A stretch of DNA of 53,932 bases from Candidatus Methylomirabilia bacterium (GCA_046758385.1 JBHIAB010000002.1:1-53932); one strand, 5' to 3'. Numbered from the stretch's first letter, positions 18,554 to 26,783 are shown. A program made the numbers and translations. Notes: generated by a model not told the origin, from the letters alone.

Positions 18554-18607
18554 CTACTTCTTCTTTTTCGCGGGCTTCTTGGCGGCCGCCTTCTTCTTCT
18601 TGGCCAT
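18554..18607 (-). CDS. Lys-rich microprotein A, 17 aa: MAKKKKAAAKKPAKKKK
   Basis: Read by hand: ATG at 18607, TAG at 18556-18554, SD AAAGGGGGTGA, and GC3-rich codons (AAG/GCC). Starts 24 nt after the upstream stop. Confidence 0.75.
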   Translation of the reverse strand: MAKKKKAAAKKPAKKKK

Positions 18608-18631
18608 GCGCGAGCTCACCCCCTTTCAGGC

Positions 18632-19678
18632 TCAGTAGCCTATCGCCTCACGCCGCAAGTACTCGGCCTGCTCCTTGCCACGCCGCTCGTAGTGGTACAG
18701 GTCGACGTACAGCTGCGGGAGGCACACCAGCGAGAGGCCCCCTTTCTCCAGCGGGGCATGGAACACCCCCTGATCGTACGGAGCCAGGAGGTGAACATTC
18801 CCTTCCCCTTCGCCGGGACGAAGACCAAGGGATCGCCCCAGGCTCTCCGACTCTCCCTCCAGGTAGCAGTGGATCTCAGGGACGCGAATGTTGGGAGCCA
18901 CCAGGGCGGCCCCCGAATGGAGGGTAAAGGCGTAGCGTCGTCCCTGGGCCTGAGCGGCTCGGGCAATCTCCACCATGAGCTTGCGCGTAATTCGCTCCGC
19001 TGAGAAGTAGGCGGCAAGAGCGTTCTGCCGATAGGTGTAGGCCTCGCGCCAGGCCTCCAGGAGTTCGGCAGGCTTGGCCAGGCGAATCCGCTGCTGCTCA
19101 CCACGATCCACCCAGGACAGTTCCTCGAGACGCTTGACGACATTGTGGGCGTGGCCCAGGCTCACCCCCGCGGCTTGCGCGAGCGCCTCGAGCCGCCAGG
19201 CCTGATAGGGGCTGACGAGCAGCGTCCGTACCACCCGGGTAGCCCGCGATGCGAAGAGCGACTTGAGCGGGCGGGTGGAAGGGTGAACGTTCGGCTTCCC
19301 CTCTTTCTCGATCAGGATGTTCTCGAGGGCCAGGTAGCAGTTTCCGGAGAGGTCCAGGTAGCCCAACCCGTTTCGGCGGAGAATGGCGGCGCTCTCAGGG
19401 CTGATGTACACAGAAACCGCGACCGGGTAGGCGCCGGGAAGCTCGCGATGGATTTCGTTCAGGCGGGTCACGGCCGCTCTGATCTGCCGAGGCTGTCCCA
19501 GCCCGGTCACTTCCAGCACGAGTGTGTGGTCGTACTCACCCATGCGAAATTTCACAACGACATCGGTGGCTTGGCTGCCAATTCGCTCGTCGGAGGTCTC
19601 TTCCCAGGCCCTTGCCTTCGGAAAGAGCTCCCGAAGCCGTTGGACCACCAGCCGCCCGATTTGCTTGTCATTAAGCAT
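18632..19678 (-). CDS. AbiEi_2-like (DUF2186-type) type IV antitoxin / transcriptional regulator
   Basis: ATG at 19678. GLGYLDLSGNCYL, a winged HTH (RLEALAQAAGVSLGHAHNVVKRL), and C-terminal RYAFTLHSGA...PQLYVDL...RGKEQAEYL, characteristic of this family. Confidence 0.8.
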   Translation of the reverse strand: MLNDKQIGRLVVQRLRELFPKARAWEETSDERIGSQATDVVVKFRMGEYDHTLVLEVTGLGQPRQIRAAVTRLNEIHRELPGAYPVAVSVYISPESAAILRRNGLGYLDLSGNCYLALENILIEKEGKPNVHPSTRPLKSLFASRATRVVRTLLVSPYQAWRLEALAQAAGVSLGHAHNVVKRLEELSWVDRGEQQRIRLAKPAELLEAWREAYTYRQNALAAYFSAERITRKLMVEIARAAQAQGRRYAFTLHSGAALVAPNIRVPEIHCYLEGESESLGRSLGLRPGEGEGNVHLLAPYDQGVFHAPLEKGGLSLVCLPQLYVDLYHYERRGKEQAEYLRREAIGY

Positions 19679-19696
19679 CGTTTCACTTGTCCCGGC

Positions 19697-19744
19697 GTTT
19701 TCAGCATTTGCTGAAAACATAGGAAAGGTTGAAACCCTTGTCAA
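19697..19744 (-). promoter_or_regulatory. consensus sigma70 promoter overlapped by an operator palindrome
   Basis: TTGACA (19744-19739), 17 nt, TATGTT (19721-19716). The perfect inverted repeat GTTTTCAGCA-TT-TGCTGAAAAC at 19697-19718 covers the -10 and the start site. Confidence 0.85.
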
Positions 19745-19873
19745 GCAAAAAACATCCGGCACTGATATGTCGTTTGAGTTGAGCTGCAAAACGCTGGTTC
19801 AGGCGGCCTCTGGAGGCCAGTGAAAGGACCGGACGACGATGCCGGCTGAGGCCCCCGTTGGGGCCGACGACGG

Positions 19874-20251
19874 CTACTTCCCTTCTGGCTGCTCGAGCTC
19901 TTCCATCCGCTCGTCGTCGAGGCCAAAGTAATGGCCGACCTCGTGGATGACCACGTCACGAATCAGCTCGCTCATCTCATCCTCGTCGGCAGAGTCTTGC
20001 TCGATCGGGCCCTGGTAGATCGTAACGGTGTCCGGAAGCACGTTCCCGTAAAACGAGTCGCGGTGGGGAAAGTCCACACCCCGGTAGAGGCCGTAGAGGG
20101 TGTCGGGCGGGGCGATCTCCATTTCCTCAAGCGTCGCGGCGTCGGGCCAATCTTCCACCACCACAGCGATGTTCCGGAGCCGCCGCTTGAAACGACGCGG
20201 AAGGGACTTGAGGGCAGAGGAGACGAGAGACTGGAACTGCTCCCGGGTCAC
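19874..20251 (-). CDS. zinicin-like metallopeptidase family protein
   Basis: LYGLYRG, PDTVTIYQGPI and HEVGHYFG (HExxH). Confidence 0.9.
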   Translation of the reverse strand: MTREQFQSLVSSALKSLPRRFKRRLRNIAVVVEDWPDAATLEEMEIAPPDTLYGLYRGVDFPHRDSFYGNVLPDTVTIYQGPIEQDSADEDEMSELIRDVVIHEVGHYFGLDDERMEELEQPEGK

Positions 20252-20274
20252 GGTGCTCCAGCACGGGGGCAGGC

Positions 20275-22431
20275 TTAAAGCCCCTGCACGCGCTCCACGT
20301 TGATGACGTCCTCCACGTGGTGGATGGCCGTCATGATCTCCCTGAGCTGCGCGAGGTCCTCTACCTCCACCACGAAGCGATTCATCCCCTTGCGGTCCTC
20401 GGTAACGGTAATCTCGGCCCTTGTGATGTTTCCACGCCGCGAGGAGATGGCGCTGCTGATCTCAGCCAAGAGCCCAGGACGATCGCGCCCGATGTAGACA
20501 TCGATCTTCACCGGGCGAACCTTGGGCTCGGCCACCTCCCACTCCACCCCCACCAGCCGGTCCCGGTCCAGAACGCCCTGAGCCACGGTGGAACACTCCC
20601 TGGTGTGAACGGTGAGGCCGCGGCCGCGGGTGATGAACCCGACGATGCCATCCCCCGGAACCGGCGAGCAACACTTGGCGAAGCGAATCAAGAGGTCTTC
20701 CACGCCTCGAATCTTGACGCCCCCCTCGCTCCTCGCTGCGGGCTTGGCGGCCTTCTGAGGCCTGGCTGCTGGTACCCGCTCGGCCTCCGGCGCCTCGCTG
20801 GAGACCAACTTTCTCATCACCTGGTGGACCGAGGTCCTCCCGTAGCCGATGGAGGCCAGCAACTCGTCGACGGTTGGGAAGCCAAGATCAGCTAACGTCC
20901 TCCCCGCCTCGTCTGAGGCCAGGAGGTTGGACGGCGAGAGGCGGTGCTTCCTGGCCTCCCGCTCGAAGATCTCGCGCCCCAGGCTGAGTGAGCGGACGCG
21001 CTCCTCGCCCTTGAGCCACTGCTTGATCTTGGAGCGGGCGCGCGTGGACTTGACCACCTTGAGCCAGTCACGGCTCGGATGCTGTGTGGGAGAGGTCAGA
21101 ATCTCCACGATGTCGCCCTGCCGGAGGGTGTAGCGAAGGGGGACCAGCTTGCCGTTGACCTTGGCCCCCATGCAATGATGCCCCACCTCGGTGTGGACCG
21201 CGTAGGCGAAATCGATGGAGCACGACGCTTCGGGGAGCGCTTTCACGTCTCCCTTGGGCGTGAAGACATAGACCTCGTCCGGGAAGAGATCGAACCGGAC
21301 CGAGTCCATGAACTCCCGCGGGTCCTTCATGTCTTGCTGCCACTCCATGAGCTGGCGCAGCCAGAGGAACCCTCGGTCGAATCTGTCCTTCTCGCTCTTC
21401 CCTTCCTTGTAAAGCCAGTGGGCCGCGATCCCCTCTTCGGCCACCCGGTGCATCTCCCGCGTGCGGATCTGGATTTCTACCGGATCGCCCGTCGGCCCGA
21501 TCACCGTGGTGTGCAACGACTGATACATGTTGACCTTCGGCATGGCGATGAAGTCTTTGAAGCGCCCCGGCACCGGCTTCCAGAGCGAGTGGATCACACC
21601 CAGCGCCCCGTAGCAGTCGCGCACGGAGTTGACGATCACCCGGACCGCGGTGAGATCGTAGATCTCGTCGAACTCTCGCCCCTGGTCGTGCATCTTTTTC
21701 CAGATGGAGTAAAAGTGCTTGGGCCGCCCCTGGATCTGCGCCTCGATTCCCACCTCCCGAAGCTTCTTCCCCACGATGGCGATGACCCGGTTGATCTCCA
21801 CCTCCCGCTCCAGGCGCCGCTTGGCGACCTGTCGCTGGAGCTCCTCGTAATCCACCGGATGGAGGGCCTTCAGGGCCAAGTCTTCCAGCTCCGTCTTGAC
21901 CTGGGCCATGCCGAGGCGATGAGCAAGCGGGGCATAGATCTGGAGGGTCTCCTCGGCCACCTTCCGTGTCCTGGGCGGGGCCAAGTAGTGGAGGGTGCGC
22001 ATGTTGTGCAGACGGTCGGCCAGCTTGACCATCAGGACCCGGATATCCTGGGCCATGGCCACGAGCATCTTGCGGAAATTCTCGGCCTGCCGCTCCTCCC
22101 GGGAAGAGAAGGCAAGCTTGCCGATCTTGGTTACCCCATCGACGAGCTCGGCGATCTCGGAGCCAAACTCCCGGGTCAGGTCGTCCTTGGTCGCTTTGCT
22201 ATCCTCGATGACGTCGTGGAGGAGACCGGCAGTCACCGTCATGACGTCCATCCTGAATCTGACCAGCAGGTCGGCGACCTCCACGGGATGGGAGAGGTAC
22301 GGCTCGCCAGAGGCACGCTGCTGTCCCTGGTGAGAACGCTCGGAAAAGCGGAAGGCACGCTGGAGTATGTCCAGATCGGCGCCCGGCTGGTACTTCGGAA
22401 TCTCTTCGAGTAGAGTCTGAAGCTCTGTCAT
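20275..22431 (-). CDS. rel: long bifunctional (p)ppGpp synthetase/hydrolase (Rel/SpoT)
   Basis: Intact HD motif HDVIED, KLADRLHN, synthetase GRPKH/YQSLHT/EIQIRT, then TGS, CC zinc-finger and ACT domains. Confidence 0.97.
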   Translation of the reverse strand: MTELQTLLEEIPKYQPGADLDILQRAFRFSERSHQGQQRASGEPYLSHPVEVADLLVRFRMDVMTVTAGLLHDVIEDSKATKDDLTREFGSEIAELVDGVTKIGKLAFSSREERQAENFRKMLVAMAQDIRVLMVKLADRLHNMRTLHYLAPPRTRKVAEETLQIYAPLAHRLGMAQVKTELEDLALKALHPVDYEELQRQVAKRRLEREVEINRVIAIVGKKLREVGIEAQIQGRPKHFYSIWKKMHDQGREFDEIYDLTAVRVIVNSVRDCYGALGVIHSLWKPVPGRFKDFIAMPKVNMYQSLHTTVIGPTGDPVEIQIRTREMHRVAEEGIAAHWLYKEGKSEKDRFDRGFLWLRQLMEWQQDMKDPREFMDSVRFDLFPDEVYVFTPKGDVKALPEASCSIDFAYAVHTEVGHHCMGAKVNGKLVPLRYTLRQGDIVEILTSPTQHPSRDWLKVVKSTRARSKIKQWLKGEERVRSLSLGREIFEREARKHRLSPSNLLASDEAGRTLADLGFPTVDELLASIGYGRTSVHQVMRKLVSSEAPEAERVPAARPQKAAKPAARSEGGVKIRGVEDLLIRFAKCCSPVPGDGIVGFITRGRGLTVHTRECSTVAQGVLDRDRLVGVEWEVAEPKVRPVKIDVYIGRDRPGLLAEISSAISSRRGNITRAEITVTEDRKGMNRFVVEVEDLAQLREIMTAIHHVEDVINVERVQGL

Positions 22432-22499
22432 GGCAATCCGCCCGGTGTCCCTATTTTGCCACTAGAACGCGTTTCTGAAAAGCCGTTGCGCCGGGAAGC

Positions 22500-22676
22500 C
22501 TATTTCTTCGCCCACTTGCCATTCTCGGTCTGGATCCACTCACCAGCCCTCGCCTTGTCCCGTTGAATCTTGGCGAACGCCGCCTGGACCCGCCTGAGCT
22601 CTCCGGGCGGCATCTTGTTCTGCTCGACCAGGATTCGATAGATGGTCATGCGATCACGGTTCTCCGCGCTGATGAG
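22500..22676 (-). pseudogene. C-terminal fragment of a YdbL/DUF1318-family protein
   Basis: Translates as LISAENRDRMTIYRILVEQNK...AFAKIQRDKARAGEWIQTENGKWAKK*, like DUF1318 C-termini. An in-frame stop at 22763-22761 leaves no N-terminal half. Confidence 0.6.
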
Positions 22677-23229
22677 CCCGCGGCCGCTACCTGCGAGAGA
22701 TCCACCCGACTCTGGTGCGGATAGTACGCGGCTGAAATCGAAAGCGCCAGTGGCGGCCCCTCAGCTATCGGCGTGAGAGTCGCCTGGCCTGCCAGGTCGA
22801 CTCGGCGTCGCCCGGGCAGCCGAAGGGTCGCCCCTGCAGACAGATGCCTGATCGCGGGCAGTGCCGCAAGCCAACCCTCACCGAACGCCCGGGGATCACC
22901 CTCAGCGGCGAGGTCCACTGGTTTACCAGCGACAAGACTGTCCCCGCGACGGCTGCGATTGTGGCGCAGCGCCGAGGCTCAGCTCTTGAGGGACTCCCTG
23001 GAAACAATCAGATTCAGGGTCCTGCGAGTGGACGGCACGCTCCCTGTTTAGCGCGAAAAGGGTCTAGACAACGAAGAGTTACGCGCCAAAGCTCGCTGCG
23101 ATGCGGGTGGCGGCCCCCAAGATCTTGTGCCTGGATCACCTGTTTAGTGCATATCCGGCTGACAAGGGTGGGGTCCTCGCCTAATATTGGGGGTTAAAAG
23201 ACCTCCACGCCGCCACAAGTGGTGAGGCA

Positions 23230-24144
23230 ATGAAGCCCTTTTACGAGACACAACTCGGCAAGGCCTACCTCGGCGACGCCCTCGCGGTGACGCGGGGGTT
23301 TTGCAGCGAATCGGTCAACCTGATCGTTACCTCCCCACCGTTCCCACTGACATTCCAGAAGAAGAAGCCCTACGGCTCGGTCAAGATCGAAGAGTACGTC
23401 ACGTGGTTCCTCCCGATGGCCGACGAGTTCAAGCGGATCCTCACACGCGACGGGAGCTTTGTCATCGACATCGGCGGAGTGTGGAATAAGGGCGAGCCCA
23501 CCCGAAACCTCTACCAGTATCACCTGCTAATCGCGCTCTGCGAGAAAGTCGGCTTCCACCTCGCCCAAGACTTCTACTGGTATAATCCCGGTGCTTTGCC
23601 GGCGCCTGCCGAGTGGGTGAACGTGCGCCGCATCCGAGCCAAGTGCGCCGTCAATCTCGTGTGGTGGCTCAGCAAAACCCCCTGGCCGAAGGCCGACAAC
23701 CGGAAGGTTCTCAGAGATTACAGCGATGACATGCTCCGACTGTTAAGGCGCGGCTATCGGGTCAAGACACGTCCGAGTGGGCACAACATCACCCCGAAGT
23801 TCACCAAGAACCACGGCGGCGCCATCCCGCCCAATCTGATCGAGCTCGGAAACAACGACTCGAATGGCGGTTACCTCAAGAAGTGCCTAGCGTCCCGTCT
23901 ACCTGTCCATCCGGCACGATTCCCCCGCGGGCTACCCGAATTCTTCATAAAGCTTTGCACGGATCGCGGACACATGGTGATGGACCCGTTCGCGGGATCA
24001 AACGTGACGGGAGAAGCGGCTGAGCGACTGGATCGCCGGTGGATTGCCGTCGAACTGGTAAAGGAGTATCTCGAAGCCTCCAAGCTGCGGTTCGAAGAAC
24101 CACCACTGCTCGCCCTTATGAATCAGCGGAAGCGTAACCCTTAG
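23230..24144 (+). CDS. beta-class N4-cytosine DNA methyltransferase, M.PvuII-like
   Basis: Motif IV TSPPF at the N-terminus and motif I DPFAGS at the C-terminus. Segments FYWYNP...PAEWVN.RRIR, RPSGH, GGAIPPNL and HPARFP match M.PvuII as recalled. Confidence 0.93.
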   Translation: MKPFYETQLGKAYLGDALAVTRGFCSESVNLIVTSPPFPLTFQKKKPYGSVKIEEYVTWFLPMADEFKRILTRDGSFVIDIGGVWNKGEPTRNLYQYHLLIALCEKVGFHLAQDFYWYNPGALPAPAEWVNVRRIRAKCAVNLVWWLSKTPWPKADNRKVLRDYSDDMLRLLRRGYRVKTRPSGHNITPKFTKNHGGAIPPNLIELGNNDSNGGYLKKCLASRLPVHPARFPRGLPEFFIKLCTDRGHMVMDPFAGSNVTGEAAERLDRRWIAVELVKEYLEASKLRFEEPPLLALMNQRKRNP

Positions 24145-24153
24145 CCTTCCCGT

Positions 24154-24786
24154 TTGGAAGATTTTCAGAGATTCGTTCACAGTCTCAGCGACATCTTCAA
24201 ACAGGGTCCCGTTGACATTCGCGAGGTCTGCAAGGTCTTCGCGATCAACCGCATCCTCGGGGGCGAGCGTCTAGAATCCGTCTGTACTGAACTGAAGCTC
24301 CAGCGGCACGGCATCGAGCGGCTCAACAATGCGCTGAAGCGCCAGGAGTCGGAGAAGCTCCCGTACGTGTTCCTTGTGCTCAGCGTCCCCGAGTTGGGCG
24401 CGGGCGATGTTGCCAAGCTGGTCCCCGACGAGTACGTCTGGACGCTCGCCGTCCTCGAGGGTCGGAGGGTCATGGAGGAGGCCATCGTTGAACGGCTCCG
24501 CTCCCCGGAGCCCCTCGACCGCTTCAACCCCATCGTCGAGAAGATGCCGGAAGGGAAGTTCAGGGTCATTTCCGCCAAAAAGGCGGATAGCCTTCTACGC
24601 GCGAAGCTCTTTGAACGGGTTCAGGCACTTTCCCTCAAAGGGTTTACCAGGAGGTTCCGCAATGCCGAGGTTGACATGCATCTCTCGCTCTCGACGGAAC
24701 TGACTCCGGTCAGGACGTTCTTCGAGCTTTTGGTTCAGGAGAGCCCCCAGAAGTTCGCGGTCAGACTTTACATAGGAGATTATTGA
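24154..24786 (+). CDS. hypothetical protein, 210 aa, in frame with the methyltransferase
   Basis: Gene-like GC3 bias. Only a TTG start with no SD. Same frame as the MTase, with 9 nt between its TAG and this TTG. Confidence 0.7.
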   Translation: MEDFQRFVHSLSDIFKQGPVDIREVCKVFAINRILGGERLESVCTELKLQRHGIERLNNALKRQESEKLPYVFLVLSVPELGAGDVAKLVPDEYVWTLAVLEGRRVMEEAIVERLRSPEPLDRFNPIVEKMPEGKFRVISAKKADSLLRAKLFERVQALSLKGFTRRFRNAEVDMHLSLSTELTPVRTFFELLVQESPQKFAVRLYIGDY

Positions 24787-25503
24787 GGACAGCAGAGTTA
24801 CCAGAGTGGGGTGACATGTTTGGGGTCGGGACATCGGTCTCGCAGACGCGGGGTGAAGAAGAGCTAGTCTGGAAGCTCGTCACGCCGAACTTGCCATTGA
24901 CCAGTTGTAGAGACTGGTAACAACGCTCGATCGGCTGCTGGTGGAATCGCTCTGAGACTGAGGTGTTGTTGCAGAGGGTACCCGACAGTTGGTATCCGTG
25001 GAACAGAGCGATCCTGGAAGTAGAGCTGATGGCAGCCAGTAGCGGCGAGTGGCGAGCGTCAAGATCGGTAGGCCACAGGAAGGGGTAGCGGCGGAGGGGT
25101 TATGGCTGTGGCAGAGACGCTGTGAGTCTTTATAGATGGGAGATCTCGAGTTCTCGGGGTTGCCGTGACACGTTGCTACCGGGACCTTGAGCGGCAACGA
25201 GGTCGAGATCCTGCGGAGGCAATAGCGCAGGTAGCATATCGGGAGATGATGCTGATGGTTCGAAGGCAGTGGCCAAACTCGCCCGGCCTCCAAAAGGGGA
25301 CAGCATTGTGGAGGCGTTGTTACTTGCGTCAGGCGTGCCGGTCGAGGAAGTGCCTACAATCTCGAAACGTTATCGAAGGCCAAACGCGTCGGTTGACCTC
25401 AGTCATTCTGCTAGAGAGTTACGAGCTAAGTGAGGGAAGGCGTCATCCTGGAACTAAGTGACCTCGGGAATCTGCAAGCCTTGCCTTGAGATAGGCGACA
25501 CCG

Positions 25504-26223
25504 ATGGGAAAGCGAAGAGGTGCTCCAAGAAAGCGCAGTCAGGTCGGGCCTCGGATCGTACGGGCGTGGTTCGATACCGTCATTAATCCACTGCTTTCGT
25601 ATTTGGAGAGGGAGCAGAAGCTCGTAGCTCGCAAGAATTGGACGTGGCGCTTTAGACCCGGGGCCCTAGAGGCGATACGAGAAGTTAATGCGTACGTGGG
25701 TCCGGAGGCTCGACCTAATTTGGAGCAGTTCAACATGCTTTATCCAGATGTAAAGCGTGGCGAGGAAGAACACGATAAGAAAGTGTCGGCGCTTAGAGAC
25801 AAGTGTCGAGGACTTTACAAGACCTTGGGCACGAGCGAACTGTTGGGCGACCTCTTCCGCAGAGTGACATCCCCGGAGGCTTTAGCGAGCCTGGGCAGGG
25901 AGGTAACTGTCAAGGATTTGTTTGGGGCGTATCCTGAGTCGGATTATTTGGATCTTCTCGGGGAGTACATCATTAACAGCACGGGTGAGCTGCCGAACTA
26001 CTACACGACGGCGCCTCTTTGGAATAAGCATAAGGACGAGTTCTTAGCGATGCTAGATCGCCCTGCGATTCGAAGACGCTACCAAGAAACTGTTTCTGCG
26101 GGAAACGCGCTCTTCAGTGCGACGGATAGGCTAGTGGGATTGTTGAAGGAGCATCGACTAAGGCTTTCTCTAGAGCACGACGTGCCCTTCGTCGCAACAG
26201 GAACCGAGTCTGCCGAGCCGTAA
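25504..26223 (+). CDS. hypothetical protein, 239 aa, in AT-richer DNA
   Basis: Long ORF with ATG, basic N-terminus and helical composition. No family recognised. Confidence 0.7.
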   Translation: MGKRRGAPRKRSQVGPRIVRAWFDTVINPLLSYLEREQKLVARKNWTWRFRPGALEAIREVNAYVGPEARPNLEQFNMLYPDVKRGEEEHDKKVSALRDKCRGLYKTLGTSELLGDLFRRVTSPEALASLGREVTVKDLFGAYPESDYLDLLGEYIINSTGELPNYYTTAPLWNKHKDEFLAMLDRPAIRRRYQETVSAGNALFSATDRLVGLLKEHRLRLSLEHDVPFVATGTESAEP

Positions 26224-26237
26224 AAGACCAGAGAACA

Positions 26238-26672
26238 ATGATAGTCCCGACCACGACGAGGGCAGTGATTGACAGCGGACTTGTGTTTACGCTACTCACC
26301 TTGAACTACGTGGAAAGAGCAGCGCTACCAGGGCTGAAAGGAGCTGCGATCCTGAAGAGAGCGGTAGATGCGGAAATAGTTGAAAGCGAAAGCACGCAGC
26401 AGGAGTATTTGCTGCTATTCAGGCAGATTCGGACGCCTTTGATTACTTCCCACGTCGTTGGTGAGCTGCAGGGTCTCCAATCAAGTCGGTTGCGGTTGAG
26501 AGGTGAGGACCTTAGGTATTTTTGGTTGCACAGCCTGGAATTTCTTCTGATGAGCAATTTCGACGAAAAGTTGGTCCGGTTGCTTGACATGAATGGCAGA
26601 GAAGACATACGTGACGCGATTTACCGGTGTGGGCCGGCAGACGCTGGTCTAATTGATTTAGCGCGCTCGGAA
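26238..26672 (+). pseudogene. PIN-domain-like protein, apparently 3'-truncated
   Basis: AVIDSG, LITSHVVGEL and GPADAGLIDLARSE PIN motifs are present. The expected final LLTxD strand is absent, and the frame runs into hairpins and antisense to the acyl-CoA dehydrogenase until 26936. Confidence 0.6.
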
Positions 26673-26783
26673 CGATACGACGGGCCGCTCCGAGCGCGCA
26701 CCCACGCCTTCGGCGTGGGTGCGCGGCCCGCACAACCCGGACGGGGGGGAGGTTCGGAAGGGGGGCGGAGCCCCCCTCCGAGG
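26661..26783. repeat. composite hairpin / REP-like element
   Basis: 11-bp IR at 26661-26671/26689-26699, 14-bp stem at 26695-26708/26712-26725, then GGGGGAGGTTCGGAAGGGGGGCGGAGCCCCCCTCCGAG. Confidence 0.75.

Noticed and set aside
24142-24144. Pyrrolysine or genetic-code recoding explanation for the TAG
   Set aside because: TAG ends several clear genes here (for example rpmB and recG) and no pyl genes are present in the window.
24790-25500. ORFs 25165-25461 (+) and 24880-25293 (-)
   Set aside because: No SD, motif or codon bias. A short protein-like patch (IVEALLLASGVPVEEV) has no start, so it is left as unexplained, possibly decayed DNA.
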